Shown here one piece after another: positions 40,605-49,147 of a DNA stretch of 64,000 nt. How positions within the stretch are numbered: the first letter of the stretch is position 1; each line of letters starts with the position of its first letter. The position numbers and the translations under genes were made by a program. Below the pieces are notes generated by a model. That model was not told the DNA's origin and ran no database searches. It saw only the letters and a program-made list of their open reading frames with translations. This DNA comes from Gallionella sp. Lineage in GTDB: Bacteria > Pseudomonadota > Gammaproteobacteria > Burkholderiales > Gallionellaceae. The stretch lies in assembly GCA_030700315.1 (NCBI GenBank), contig JAUYJO010000106.1, positions 9,336 to 73,335 on the forward strand, given 5' to 3'.

Positions 40605-41430
40605 CCAAGCCTCTGGGTACGGTGATATTAAATTGCTTGTTAAACCTGCCGCCTTTGGTGATCGGCATAATCGAACTGCCCAAATCAACGCGAGAAGCGT
40701 CAATTCCCTTTAACCATGGGTAATCCAGCCTGCTGGCCAAATACAGAAAAAGACGTTTGGTCTTGATGCTGCTGCATTGCTCAAGCAATTGCTGGACAAC
40801 CGGCGGGCGACCCGTGGTCATGCCCTCGAACAATTCCACGGCATGGGTAAAGCTCGCCTCATCCTCCCCAACCTGGCACAGCACTTCCAATATCGCGCGC
40901 TCGGGTGCTGAAACCAGCAAACCCCATTCGCGCACGCGAGTCGGCAACTCATGCAAACCGGCCTCGCCGCACTCAGCCCCGAATAATGCCTTATTCAGAA
41001 CAAAAGCCTGAGGCACAAAACCTTTTTCCGTCACTTGTGCAACCCAGCGCGGCAACCCGGCCCGGCTGAAAATTTTGGCGTGGGGCCACAACTGAATATG
41101 CGCCTCGCCCCCCAGCGGTAAATAATGTGCCAAGCCCTGCAAATTAAGCGCGGATAAGCCACCCACATGCACAGCTTGCCCCTCCAGCCGCTGCAAGCTC
41201 AACACCACCCCCTGCCAATCCACCACCGGCAGCGCGGAATCCGTTCTCCCCCGCCACGCATAAGCCCCGTAGGCTAGAGGCACCAGCCACCCGTTCGCCA
41301 CATATTTGCGCGCCAATTGCGGCGAAATCCCCAAGCTGGATAACCAGCGGCTGGGCGCAACCACACCCGCAGGCAAATCACGCTGCAACTGCTGTAGCAA
41401 ATTTTGAACAGGCGGCTTAACCTTTTTCAT
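40588..41430 (-). CDS. abiEi: AbiEi-family antitoxin/transcriptional regulator
   Basis: WL...G.S..L..KY...GWL, HVGG.SAL.LQG..HY, S.PERAILE, LLE.C.S.K.KRLFL. Overlaps the toxin gene. Confidence 0.9.
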   Translation of the reverse strand: MKKVKPPVQNLLQQLQRDLPAGVVAPSRWLSSLGISPQLARKYVANGWLVPLAYGAYAWRGRTDSALPVVDWQGVVLSLQRLEGQAVHVGGLSALNLQGLAHYLPLGGEAHIQLWPHAKIFSRAGLPRWVAQVTEKGFVPQAFVLNKALFGAECGEAGLHELPTRVREWGLLVSAPERAILEVLCQVGEDEASFTHAVELFEGMTTGRPPVVQQLLEQCSSIKTKRLFLYLASRLDYPWLKGIDASRVDLGSSIMPITKGGRFNKQFNITVPRGLDAQSF

Positions 41431-41445
41431 TAAAAATAAACTTTG

Positions 41446-41526
41446 GGGTTTATGTGTTGCGCATTTTTATAAATTATTGGGCGTTTTGCAAGCGATTATT
41501 TACAAAAGCGCATTAAACATAAACCC
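41446..41526. promoter_or_regulatory. Inverted repeat upstream of abiEi (putative autoregulatory operator)
   Basis: GGGTTTATGTGTTGCGCATTTTT ... AAAAGCGCATTAAACATAAACCC. AbiEi proteins are known to bind promoter inverted repeats. Confidence 0.6.
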
Positions 41527-41746
41527 TAGGTTGAGATTTTACGCAAAATATTAAGCGACTACACAGTGCCTAACTCATCGAATCAATGAAGTATTGCGCA
41601 TTGGCACCCGTCTGAGCGATGTTCTTGCAGATATGCGTTAAATGCAAATGTACCTTGGGTTCTTTGTGTAAAATCCCGAAAAACGGCTACAATTCATAAA
41701 GAAGCGATACTAAATAATTGCTTACTAATTAACCTGATAGCGATAA

Positions 41747-42691
41747 ATGGTAAAAGCGATTTCCCTTTTCTCTGGTTGTGGCGGCTCTGACGCAGGCATA
41801 GTCGCCGCTGGCTTTGACGTGGTCATGGCCAATGATTTGTTGCCTTATGCGCGCGATGTTTATCTCGCGAATCACCCGTCAACCGATTATGTGCTAGGCG
41901 ACGTGGCAAACATAAAATCCTTCCCGGCTGCCGAGTTGTTGGTGGGTTGTTATCCGTGCCAGGGTTTCAGCCAGGGCGGTGTCCGCGATCCTTCGCGCAA
42001 GATCAACAAGCTGTACCTCGAATTCGCCAGAGCGTTGCGCGCCATACGTCCCAAGGCGTTTATCGTCGAGAATGTTTCGGGCATGGCGCGCGCTAATTAC
42101 CATCACTTGCTGGATCATCAGCTCAGGGTATTCCGTAGCGCAGGTTATCGCGTGACGGCAGACATTTTGAACTCGGCTGACTACGGCGTGGCGCAGGAGC
42201 GCCGCCGGATTTTCATCGTCGGGATACGCGGCGACCTCAATGAAAAATTTGTATTCCCCGCGCCGACCCATGGCGACGAACGCCATCATGCGCGGACAAC
42301 GATACAGGATGCCATCGGGAACATGCCGGAATGGCCGGAGGGGGAGTTTTATGCGCGCGAGTTCCACTGGTACTACCTCTCGCGTGACCGGTACAAAAGC
42401 TGGAACGATGTTTCGCGTACCATTGTAGCCAACCCGCGACACATGCCGCTCCATCCAATGAGTCCGCCGATGGTAAAATATGCGCACAACGACTGGCGCT
42501 TTTCCCATGATGGCCCCGCCCGCCGTTTCAGCTATCGAGAGGCGGCACGACTACAAGGCTTCAGGAAAGATTTTGTTTTCCCGGATACCGAAAGCGGCAG
42601 TCTGGACATGCGTTACAAGGTTGTCGGAAATGCGGTTCCTCCACCCTTGTTCGAGGCAGTGGCACGCGCGTTGCCCGCCGTTTGGGATTAG
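41747..42691 (+). CDS. DNA (cytosine-5) methyltransferase
   Basis: Motif I FSGCGG, IV YPCQGFS, VI FIVENV, VIII QERRRIFIVG, IX REAARLQGF, X GNAVPP. Confidence 0.95.
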   Translation: MVKAISLFSGCGGSDAGIVAAGFDVVMANDLLPYARDVYLANHPSTDYVLGDVANIKSFPAAELLVGCYPCQGFSQGGVRDPSRKINKLYLEFARALRAIRPKAFIVENVSGMARANYHHLLDHQLRVFRSAGYRVTADILNSADYGVAQERRRIFIVGIRGDLNEKFVFPAPTHGDERHHARTTIQDAIGNMPEWPEGEFYAREFHWYYLSRDRYKSWNDVSRTIVANPRHMPLHPMSPPMVKYAHNDWRFSHDGPARRFSYREAARLQGFRKDFVFPDTESGSLDMRYKVVGNAVPPPLFEAVARALPAVWD

Positions 42692-43608
42692 GAATAAGTA
42701 AATGCCCGAACCTCGTCGAGCAATCCGAGGTTTGGAAGGCTGTCATGTAATTGATATTGCGAAGCCAGCCGTACTAGTCGCAAGCGATCCACGATAATGG
42801 CTTGCCCGATGTCGCTTTCATACGCCCATCCGCCATCGGGATGCCGCAAATCTACCGGAAGAAAATAATACGTTGCCCAAGGATGCATAACGGGCAGTTT
42901 TCCGTAATGCTTGGAGGGCGAAGCTTCGAGTTGCTTGAAACGCCAGTCGCTTTTTGAACAACCGCATTGTGCGAATGCGATGGGCATACCGGGACGATCA
43001 TCGTCCATCGGGTGCCACGAAATCAGGTCTATGCCGCCATCCCCGGTGTCATTTTGCTTGAAATCGCGCTCCTTAAAATTGGCGGCGCAGCGCAGATCAG
43101 AAGCGATCTGGCGCATTTTTTCAAACAAGGTTCCCGTATAGGGTGCTTCTTCTCCGCCATGCGCCCATGTGGCCCGCACTTCTGCCCCCTCCGGCATTAG
43201 TTTGGAAAACACGGCAAAACAAGTCTGCTCAAAATGCCGCGCCAGCTCCGCATAGCGCGCCTTGGGTATGTGCCGCATCAGCGAGGCCAGCAACAGCCGC
43301 AGATAAGTGGTTTGTTCCGAACTACCGTCATAGTTCAATTCGAGCGTGTCTTCATCGTCCGAAACTTTGAATGGGTAGCAGGCGCCAAACTCTATGACGC
43401 GGACTCCCGCGAAATTGATCAGATCGCGCCAGCGGTTTTCGATACTGGTATCGTATCTACGACCAATATCACGCCCCCGCCGTTCCAGCCCATCCAGATC
43501 GCCACGCGAGAAACAGCGGTCTGGGTGGATCAAAGCCCGCAGTTCGGCAAAGTCAGCCCAGAACAACGGGTCAGCAGAATCCGGCGGTGTTTCCAGCGAT
43601 TCGAGCAT
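42688..43608 (-). CDS. Putative Mrr-like PD-(D/E)xK endonuclease
   Basis: FEQ helix, GDGGIDL, AQCGC...W..K, IIVDRLRL resemble Mrr_cat motifs. N-terminal domain unassigned. Confidence 0.6.
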   Translation of the reverse strand: MLESLETPPDSADPLFWADFAELRALIHPDRCFSRGDLDGLERRGRDIGRRYDTSIENRWRDLINFAGVRVIEFGACYPFKVSDDEDTLELNYDGSSEQTTYLRLLLASLMRHIPKARYAELARHFEQTCFAVFSKLMPEGAEVRATWAHGGEEAPYTGTLFEKMRQIASDLRCAANFKERDFKQNDTGDGGIDLISWHPMDDDRPGMPIAFAQCGCSKSDWRFKQLEASPSKHYGKLPVMHPWATYYFLPVDLRHPDGGWAYESDIGQAIIVDRLRLVRLASQYQLHDSLPNLGLLDEVRAFTYS

Positions 43609-43610
43609 GG

Positions 43611-44699
43611 CTAGTCTTCGAGTTTTTCGCGCAGGTGGTTGCGGATGGAGCGCGCGTCGTCGGCGAGACTTTCGGACAAATCCAAATGCTCCTGGGTGAA
43701 CGGCTTGGTATTCGGCAGCATGTTCCAAGCGATTTGGACTTTTTCTTTAGCTTGTTCGAGCGCACGAACGAGAGCCAATTGCGGCCCTTCGCTGTACATA
43801 TAGGCATCAGCCAGCTTTCCCGTCTCTTCCAGCACACGCACGGCATCATGATTGTTGACGACCTCAGCAAGTTCCTTAAGGTTGCGCGATTCACCAATAA
43901 TGGTGCGGCCCTGTTGATCTTTGGGGAACATCCAACTGAAGGCACGCTTCAGGTTGTCCACATCGAGCCCGACCATATCAATATCAGAAGGTCCGGCAAG
44001 TCCGAGCCAGTCAGTGATTTTTTTGTAGCTCAACGCCGTGGTGAGATAGGAGAACTCGACATCTTTTGCCGACATGGGGAGTTTGAAAAATTGTTTTTCT
44101 TCTGCGCATATATAAAGGCCAAGCGCAGTCAGCAATTTCGCCACATAATCGGGGCGACTGCCGATGTCGTTGGCCATGGCTTTCAATTGCGCGGGCTGGG
44201 CCAGGTCGCTATAGAACTCGTTGCGAATGTCCGCCAAATACTTCGCCTTCGACAAGGCATCCCATTCCTTGATGCCAGTGATGTGGCGGTAGCCAAGGTA
44301 ACGCATCACGTCACGACGCGACGGATATTCAATGCAGGGCAACTCTAGGGGAGCCGCAACTACGGCCTCAGCAAGAATTTGGGCGATGCTATTGCGCCGC
44401 CGTGCGGGCGGCGGTATCTGCCGATTTAGAAGCTTGACCGCAGCCAGGCGGCGGTTGCCTTCAACCACAATCAAGGTGCCGCTTTCACGAGTCACTAGCA
44501 AAGGCTCGCCCTCAAAGTAGCCTTTCTGCCCGATGGATAACATCAAATCCTGCACGCCCTCGTCATCAAGCATTTCCTCAATAACAGCGGGAACCGAATA
44601 CGCATCGTTAAGGCGATAGAAACGAGGATTCTGCGGATCGAAATGCAGGTCATCCGTCTTGATCGGCACGACTCGTGGCGAAGTAATTGTCTGTGGCAT
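43611..44699 (-). CDS. ParB/Srx N-terminal domain protein with HTH-like region
   Basis: LHFDPQNPRF, SI...GY...EPLLV, VVEGNRRLAAVKLL, then LKAMANDIGSRPDYVAKLL. Alternative start at 44717. Confidence 0.8.
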   Translation of the reverse strand: MPQTITSPRVVPIKTDDLHFDPQNPRFYRLNDAYSVPAVIEEMLDDEGVQDLMLSIGQKGYFEGEPLLVTRESGTLIVVEGNRRLAAVKLLNRQIPPPARRRNSIAQILAEAVVAAPLELPCIEYPSRRDVMRYLGYRHITGIKEWDALSKAKYLADIRNEFYSDLAQPAQLKAMANDIGSRPDYVAKLLTALGLYICAEEKQFFKLPMSAKDVEFSYLTTALSYKKITDWLGLAGPSDIDMVGLDVDNLKRAFSWMFPKDQQGRTIIGESRNLKELAEVVNNHDAVRVLEETGKLADAYMYSEGPQLALVRALEQAKEKVQIAWNMLPNTKPFTQEHLDLSESLADDARSIRNHLREKLED

Positions 44700-44844
44700 G
44701 GGTAGCTTGACTTTCATTATTCTGGAACCGGCAGGGGGAGATCAGCTTGAAGTTCGAGACAAGCCGTCATAAACGCAAATTGTCGCACCCCGCATGATTT
44801 TAAGTTTGTAAAGTTAACAGTAATTTATGGCTTTAGCAATTCTC

Positions 44845-44896
44845 GATTTCTGCCGCGATTTCTGCCAATTTCTGCCGATTTCTGCCGATTTCTGCC
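44845..44896. repeat. Five direct 10-bp repeats (RATTTCTGCC)
   Basis: Units start at 44845, 44857, 44867, 44877 and 44887. Confidence 0.92.
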
Positions 44897-44931
44897 GGCA
44901 CTTCTGGCAAGGGATTAAAGGTGGCCGACAT

Positions 44932-46188
44932 TCAGTTCTCCTTCACCCTGACTTTTCCGGTGAGGAGGTCGTGCATCAGGCCGAATTTCTGTTGCCTTTT
45001 CTTTTCGAGATCAGCCTCAAGCGAAAATATATTTCTGTCTACGCTTAGCAGGCTTTCACCAATTTGCTTCTGCTCTCCCGCGTCAACTGGCGCGACAATT
45101 TTCAATTTCTTGAAGTAGGGCAAACCAATGGTCAGGATGGTGCTGCCCATGGCGATATTTTCAAACATGCGCTTCTTGAACTGGAGCCAGTAATACAGAA
45201 AATGCTTGTCCAATCTATCATCACACCGCCAACACATAAAGTGCTGGCTAACGGCCATGGGTTCGGTTGTGATAGCACTTTTCCCTATGCCTGCATCCCG
45301 CGATATAACAACTGTCCCGGCAGGGTGTACGGTGGCAGATGAGTTCTGAACACCAAGTTGGCTTATTTCATATTCCGTATCGGTTATGTACAGTCGGTCA
45401 AGACGATAGGAATCAGCCAGCGAAATCCATTTGATGCCCCCGTTCCAATATTCCGGGAAATTTTTGTTGGGCGTATGGCCGCTTCCCCTCACCGCCAACT
45501 TGTCGAGCAGCTCGTATTGCCACTCCTTCGGAATCCAGCCTGTCGGCGTCTCCTGATAAAGCTCCGGCGCTTGTTCGCGGGGCGGGCGCAACTTGCCATC
45601 GGCGGTGACGCCACGGGTAAACAGGTCGTGCATCAGCCCCGCCTTGATCTGCTGGTATTTGGCGATGAGGGCTTCGGTTTTTTCGATGGCAAAATCAATG
45701 CTGCTCAAGATAGCGGCAATTTTTTTTTGCTGCCGCCGATCTTTCGGATAGCTGATGGGCAGTTTCTTTACCGAACCTGCATTCAAGTTCGATTGTGTCG
45801 TTTGGGATGTGTATTTGTAGACCTGTGGTCGAATGAACAGCAGTTGGTAGTAAAGAAATGACTGCTCAATTTCCGGCGACTCCTTGAGGGCAATGATTGC
45901 CTGATTCGTCGCACAAGGAATATGGTTGATGATTGGCTTACCAACCGTGGCGTACATCGAATAGAGGATGTGTGGCTCTTTGATTAACCACGCGGCGCTA
46001 TTCAACAAGCCCTTTTCTGAAAGGCGTTTTTCAGTCTTATCGAGAAATCTCGCGCTCTTTGTGATGTCCTCAATCGAGACAAAAGGAATCTCACCACCGT
46101 AGTATTCATCAACTGTTACGGATGGCGTGCCTCCTGCCCGCTGATAGACAGTTACCTCACCAACAGTTGAGTGAACCCACTCACTCAT
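44932..46188 (-). CDS. hsdS: Type I R-M specificity subunit
   Basis: Two TRDs (GGTPS..., SGHTP...) with conserved spacers QKKIAAIL...[11 protein letters not shown] and EQKQI...[13 protein letters not shown]. Confidence 0.95.
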   Translation of the reverse strand: MSEWVHSTVGEVTVYQRAGGTPSVTVDEYYGGEIPFVSIEDITKSARFLDKTEKRLSEKGLLNSAAWLIKEPHILYSMYATVGKPIINHIPCATNQAIIALKESPEIEQSFLYYQLLFIRPQVYKYTSQTTQSNLNAGSVKKLPISYPKDRRQQKKIAAILSSIDFAIEKTEALIAKYQQIKAGLMHDLFTRGVTADGKLRPPREQAPELYQETPTGWIPKEWQYELLDKLAVRGSGHTPNKNFPEYWNGGIKWISLADSYRLDRLYITDTEYEISQLGVQNSSATVHPAGTVVISRDAGIGKSAITTEPMAVSQHFMCWRCDDRLDKHFLYYWLQFKKRMFENIAMGSTILTIGLPYFKKLKIVAPVDAGEQKQIGESLLSVDRNIFSLEADLEKKRQQKFGLMHDLLTGKVRVKEN

Positions 46189-48778
46189 ACCCCAACTCCA
46201 CCAAGAATCCGCGCAGTTGCTCGCTGGCCGCATCCCGCTCCGCCTCGATCTCCTTCGCCGTTACCGCGTACTTGTTCCACAGGTTTTCTATCGCGGCGAT
46301 GCAGGCGCGCTGATCGGCACGCAAATAGGCGCGGTAGCTTTCCAGCAACAACCGCCCCAAGCGCTCGACGATGACTTGCCGCGCCTCGTCGCGGCTGATT
46401 TTCGCGCGGGCGGCTTCCACCAGTTCTTCCTGCTTTTTGTCGGTGCTGCGGATCGCGGCCTTGAGGGCTTTGGCTTCGTCTTCCAGTGCCTTGTGCGCAG
46501 TGAGGCGTTTTTCGATGGCGGCGGCTTCGGCCTGATAGGCCGTCCAATCGCCCTTTTCGCCTTCTTTCTTGGCGAGCTTGGCGCGGGTGTTGAGTTCCTT
46601 GAGTTCGGCTTTCAGCGCTTTCACTTCGTCGCCCGGCAGCACGCCGGTTTCGTCGCTGTCCTCGAAGTCGTCCTCGTCGGCTGCGGCGAACAGCGCTTGC
46701 AGTTCCGCCAGCCGGGCGCGGTTTTGTTCCTGCTCTGCCAGTATTTGCGGAAACTGGCTTTGCAGAATTTCAGCATCGGGGATCAGCTCCGCCCCCCAGC
46801 CGCTGGCGGCGATGGATTTGAAATCGGCCTTGAGCTGGTTGACGTAATTGGCGAACGCGCCGCGTACCTGATAGGGGCTGAGCAGGTTCTGCTTTTTGAA
46901 AACATCGGCAATACTCGCGAGCAGGATACGGCGCAAGGCATACACGTTGCCGGTGTGCGCCTGCGGTTTTTTCGTATCGGCGGCGAGCGCTTCTACCAGC
47001 GGCAAATTCTTCTGCCACCATTGCTCAAGCTGCGCCATGAATTCGGCATGGCGCTCGATCACGCCGGGATGCTGGGCAACGTGCGCGGCGATGGCGCGTT
47101 TGTCTTTGAGTGGTGCGGTGAAATCGGCATAGGCAGATTCCGTAGGTTGGGTTTGCCCTAAAGGGTACGAGAGCGCAGCGTAACCCGACGTTTTTTCGCG
47201 TACCGCGTGTTGGGTTACGCCCTGCGGGCTAACCCAACCTACGGGTGACCGCAGAATGAAGCAGCTTTCTTTCAGCCCGACATAGTTATTCCAGTAACGG
47301 CTCAGCGCCTCGATTTCCACGCTGGGAATGCCGCCGTGCAGATGAGCGCGCACGTCGTGCGGCTCCGGCGGCGGGGCGTTGTCCACATAGCGGCGGATGT
47401 TGCAGTTGTAGTCTTCGGCGGCGATGTCTTCCTTCGCCACGAGTTGCGCGTAGGCGGGGATGTTCTTGCCCTGCCGGTAGGCATGGACAATCTTGTCGAG
47501 GTCTTCCGGGCGCAAATAATTTTGCGCCTTGCCTTCGCGGTATTCGCGGTCTGCGTTGATGAACGGCACCTGCTTGCGGTCTTTCGCTCCGGCCTTGTTC
47601 ATCACCAGAATGCAGGCGGGGATGCCGGTGCCGTAAAACAGATTGCTCGGCAGGCCGATAACGGCTTCGAGGTAGCCTTTGTCAATAAAGTATTTGCGCG
47701 CCTCGCGTTCTTCGCCGCCGCGAAACAGCACACCGTGCGGCATCACGGTGGCGAGCTTGCCGTCGGCCTTGAGCACCGCCAGCATGTGTTGCACGAACAT
47801 CAGGTCGGCCTTTTTGCCTTTCTCCGGCATGAACACCGGGAAGCGCCCGGCAAACTTCAGTTCCTTCTTGCTGTAGTTCTGGCTGAACGGCGGATTTGCC
47901 AGCACGCGGTCGAAGCGCTTGAGCTCATTGTTGTCATCCATGTGTGCCGGATTCTTGAGGGTGTCTTCCTGGCGTATGTCGGCATGGGCAATGCCATGCA
48001 GCAACATGTTCATCTTGCAGATCGACCAGGTGGTGCCGATGCTCTCCTGCCCAGCGAGTAAAAGATCGCGCGGGTTGTGCCCGCATTCTTGCAGGTAATC
48101 GCGCGACTGGATCAACATGCCGCCGGAACCGACGGTTGGGTCGTACACGCTCATGTTGGGCTGCGGGTCGGCGATCTCGACGCATATCCGCACCACTTCC
48201 GCCGGGGTATAAAACTCGCCCGCCTTCTTGCCCGCAGAATCGGCGAAGTATTTGATCAGCCATTCGTAAGCCGCACCGAGCAAGTCGGGAAATTCAAAGT
48301 CTTCGTCCTTGAGCGGAATCTTCTCGAAGTTCTGGATAAAGTCGGCGAGAGTATCGTCGCTTAGTTTGCGTTGGCCGATCTGCTTGTTGAAGCTGATCCC
48401 TCTGAGCACAAATTCCAGCGCGTCGATATTGGCATCTTCAATAGCCGCCAGCGCCTTGTTCAATCCGGTGCCGACATTTTCCTTCAGGTGCTTTACTTTG
48501 GACCAGTGCGCCGTTTCCGGCACATAAAAATATTTTCCCGAGTATTGGTCGGGATGGTCGAGCAGCTTGTTCATCCCCGCTTCGCTCATCCCCTTCGCCT
48601 CAAACTCTTTCTTCAGCTCCTCGCGGCGCTGGTCGAACAAGTCACTGGCACGCTTGAGAAACAACATGCCGAAGATGTATTCCTTGTATTCGCTGGCATC
48701 CATGTTGCCGCGCAGGTCGTCGCAAGCGCGCAACAACAGGCTTTCGAGGTGGGAGAGCGTGAGTTTGTGTGATGACAT
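46181..48778 (-). CDS. hsdM: Type I R-M adenine methyltransferase (long form)
   Basis: [56 protein letters not shown]. Confidence 0.96.
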   Translation of the reverse strand: MSSHKLTLSHLESLLLRACDDLRGNMDASEYKEYIFGMLFLKRASDLFDQRREELKKEFEAKGMSEAGMNKLLDHPDQYSGKYFYVPETAHWSKVKHLKENVGTGLNKALAAIEDANIDALEFVLRGISFNKQIGQRKLSDDTLADFIQNFEKIPLKDEDFEFPDLLGAAYEWLIKYFADSAGKKAGEFYTPAEVVRICVEIADPQPNMSVYDPTVGSGGMLIQSRDYLQECGHNPRDLLLAGQESIGTTWSICKMNMLLHGIAHADIRQEDTLKNPAHMDDNNELKRFDRVLANPPFSQNYSKKELKFAGRFPVFMPEKGKKADLMFVQHMLAVLKADGKLATVMPHGVLFRGGEEREARKYFIDKGYLEAVIGLPSNLFYGTGIPACILVMNKAGAKDRKQVPFINADREYREGKAQNYLRPEDLDKIVHAYRQGKNIPAYAQLVAKEDIAAEDYNCNIRRYVDNAPPPEPHDVRAHLHGGIPSVEIEALSRYWNNYVGLKESCFILRSPVGWVSPQGVTQHAVREKTSGYAALSYPLGQTQPTESAYADFTAPLKDKRAIAAHVAQHPGVIERHAEFMAQLEQWWQKNLPLVEALAADTKKPQAHTGNVYALRRILLASIADVFKKQNLLSPYQVRGAFANYVNQLKADFKSIAASGWGAELIPDAEILQSQFPQILAEQEQNRARLAELQALFAAADEDDFEDSDETGVLPGDEVKALKAELKELNTRAKLAKKEGEKGDWTAYQAEAAAIEKRLTAHKALEDEAKALKAAIRSTDKKQEELVEAARAKISRDEARQVIVERLGRLLLESYRAYLRADQRACIAAIENLWNKYAVTAKEIEAERDAASEQLRGFLVELGYE
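47142..47242. repeat. REP doublet translated inside hsdM
   Basis: GTAGGTTGGGTT...CGTAACCCGAC...GTTGGGTTACG...AACCCAACCTAC. Confidence 0.88.
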
Positions 48779-49147
48779 GAATGAGCAGCCGAAGAAGTAT
48801 TTCGCATTGTTGCATACGAAACGCAGGCGGTGAAATATCAGTCGGGCAGAATCACAAGCTGCTCATCGGTTTAATACTAAAGACAACCGCCCACCAATGG
48901 TGGCTATTGGCACACACCAGCGGGTTGCGATGCCATATTCGGCATCACAAAGCTGCTCTTCTAGTTTCGCACTTGGACACCCCGAAAAAGCCGGGGGCTT
49001 TAGTTTGTGAGCACCTCAGCTATCAAAACGCCGGCGCAGACACGCCACGCATGAATCGCAACCCGATAACCGCGCTCTTGCCGAACCATGCTTCCGTTCA
49101 AATCGATATAGGAAGCATGCACTGCATACCTTGCGTAATTGAGACCT

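Noticed and set aside
43611-44717. Plasmid or chromosome partition locus
   Set aside because: No parA or replication gene is nearby, and the gene is coupled to a nuclease-like ORF inside an R-M locus.
44845-44896. Possible CRISPR array (also considered for 11021-11091 and the REP doublets)
   Set aside because: Units are 10-14 bp with no unique spacers, the REPs are dispersed, and no cas genes are present.
48781-49147. Short ORFs and a hairpin between hsdM and the ATPase, considered as an island boundary or att site
   Set aside because: No recognisable protein motifs, no integrase or tRNA, and I found no direct repeat matching the other end of the R-M locus.
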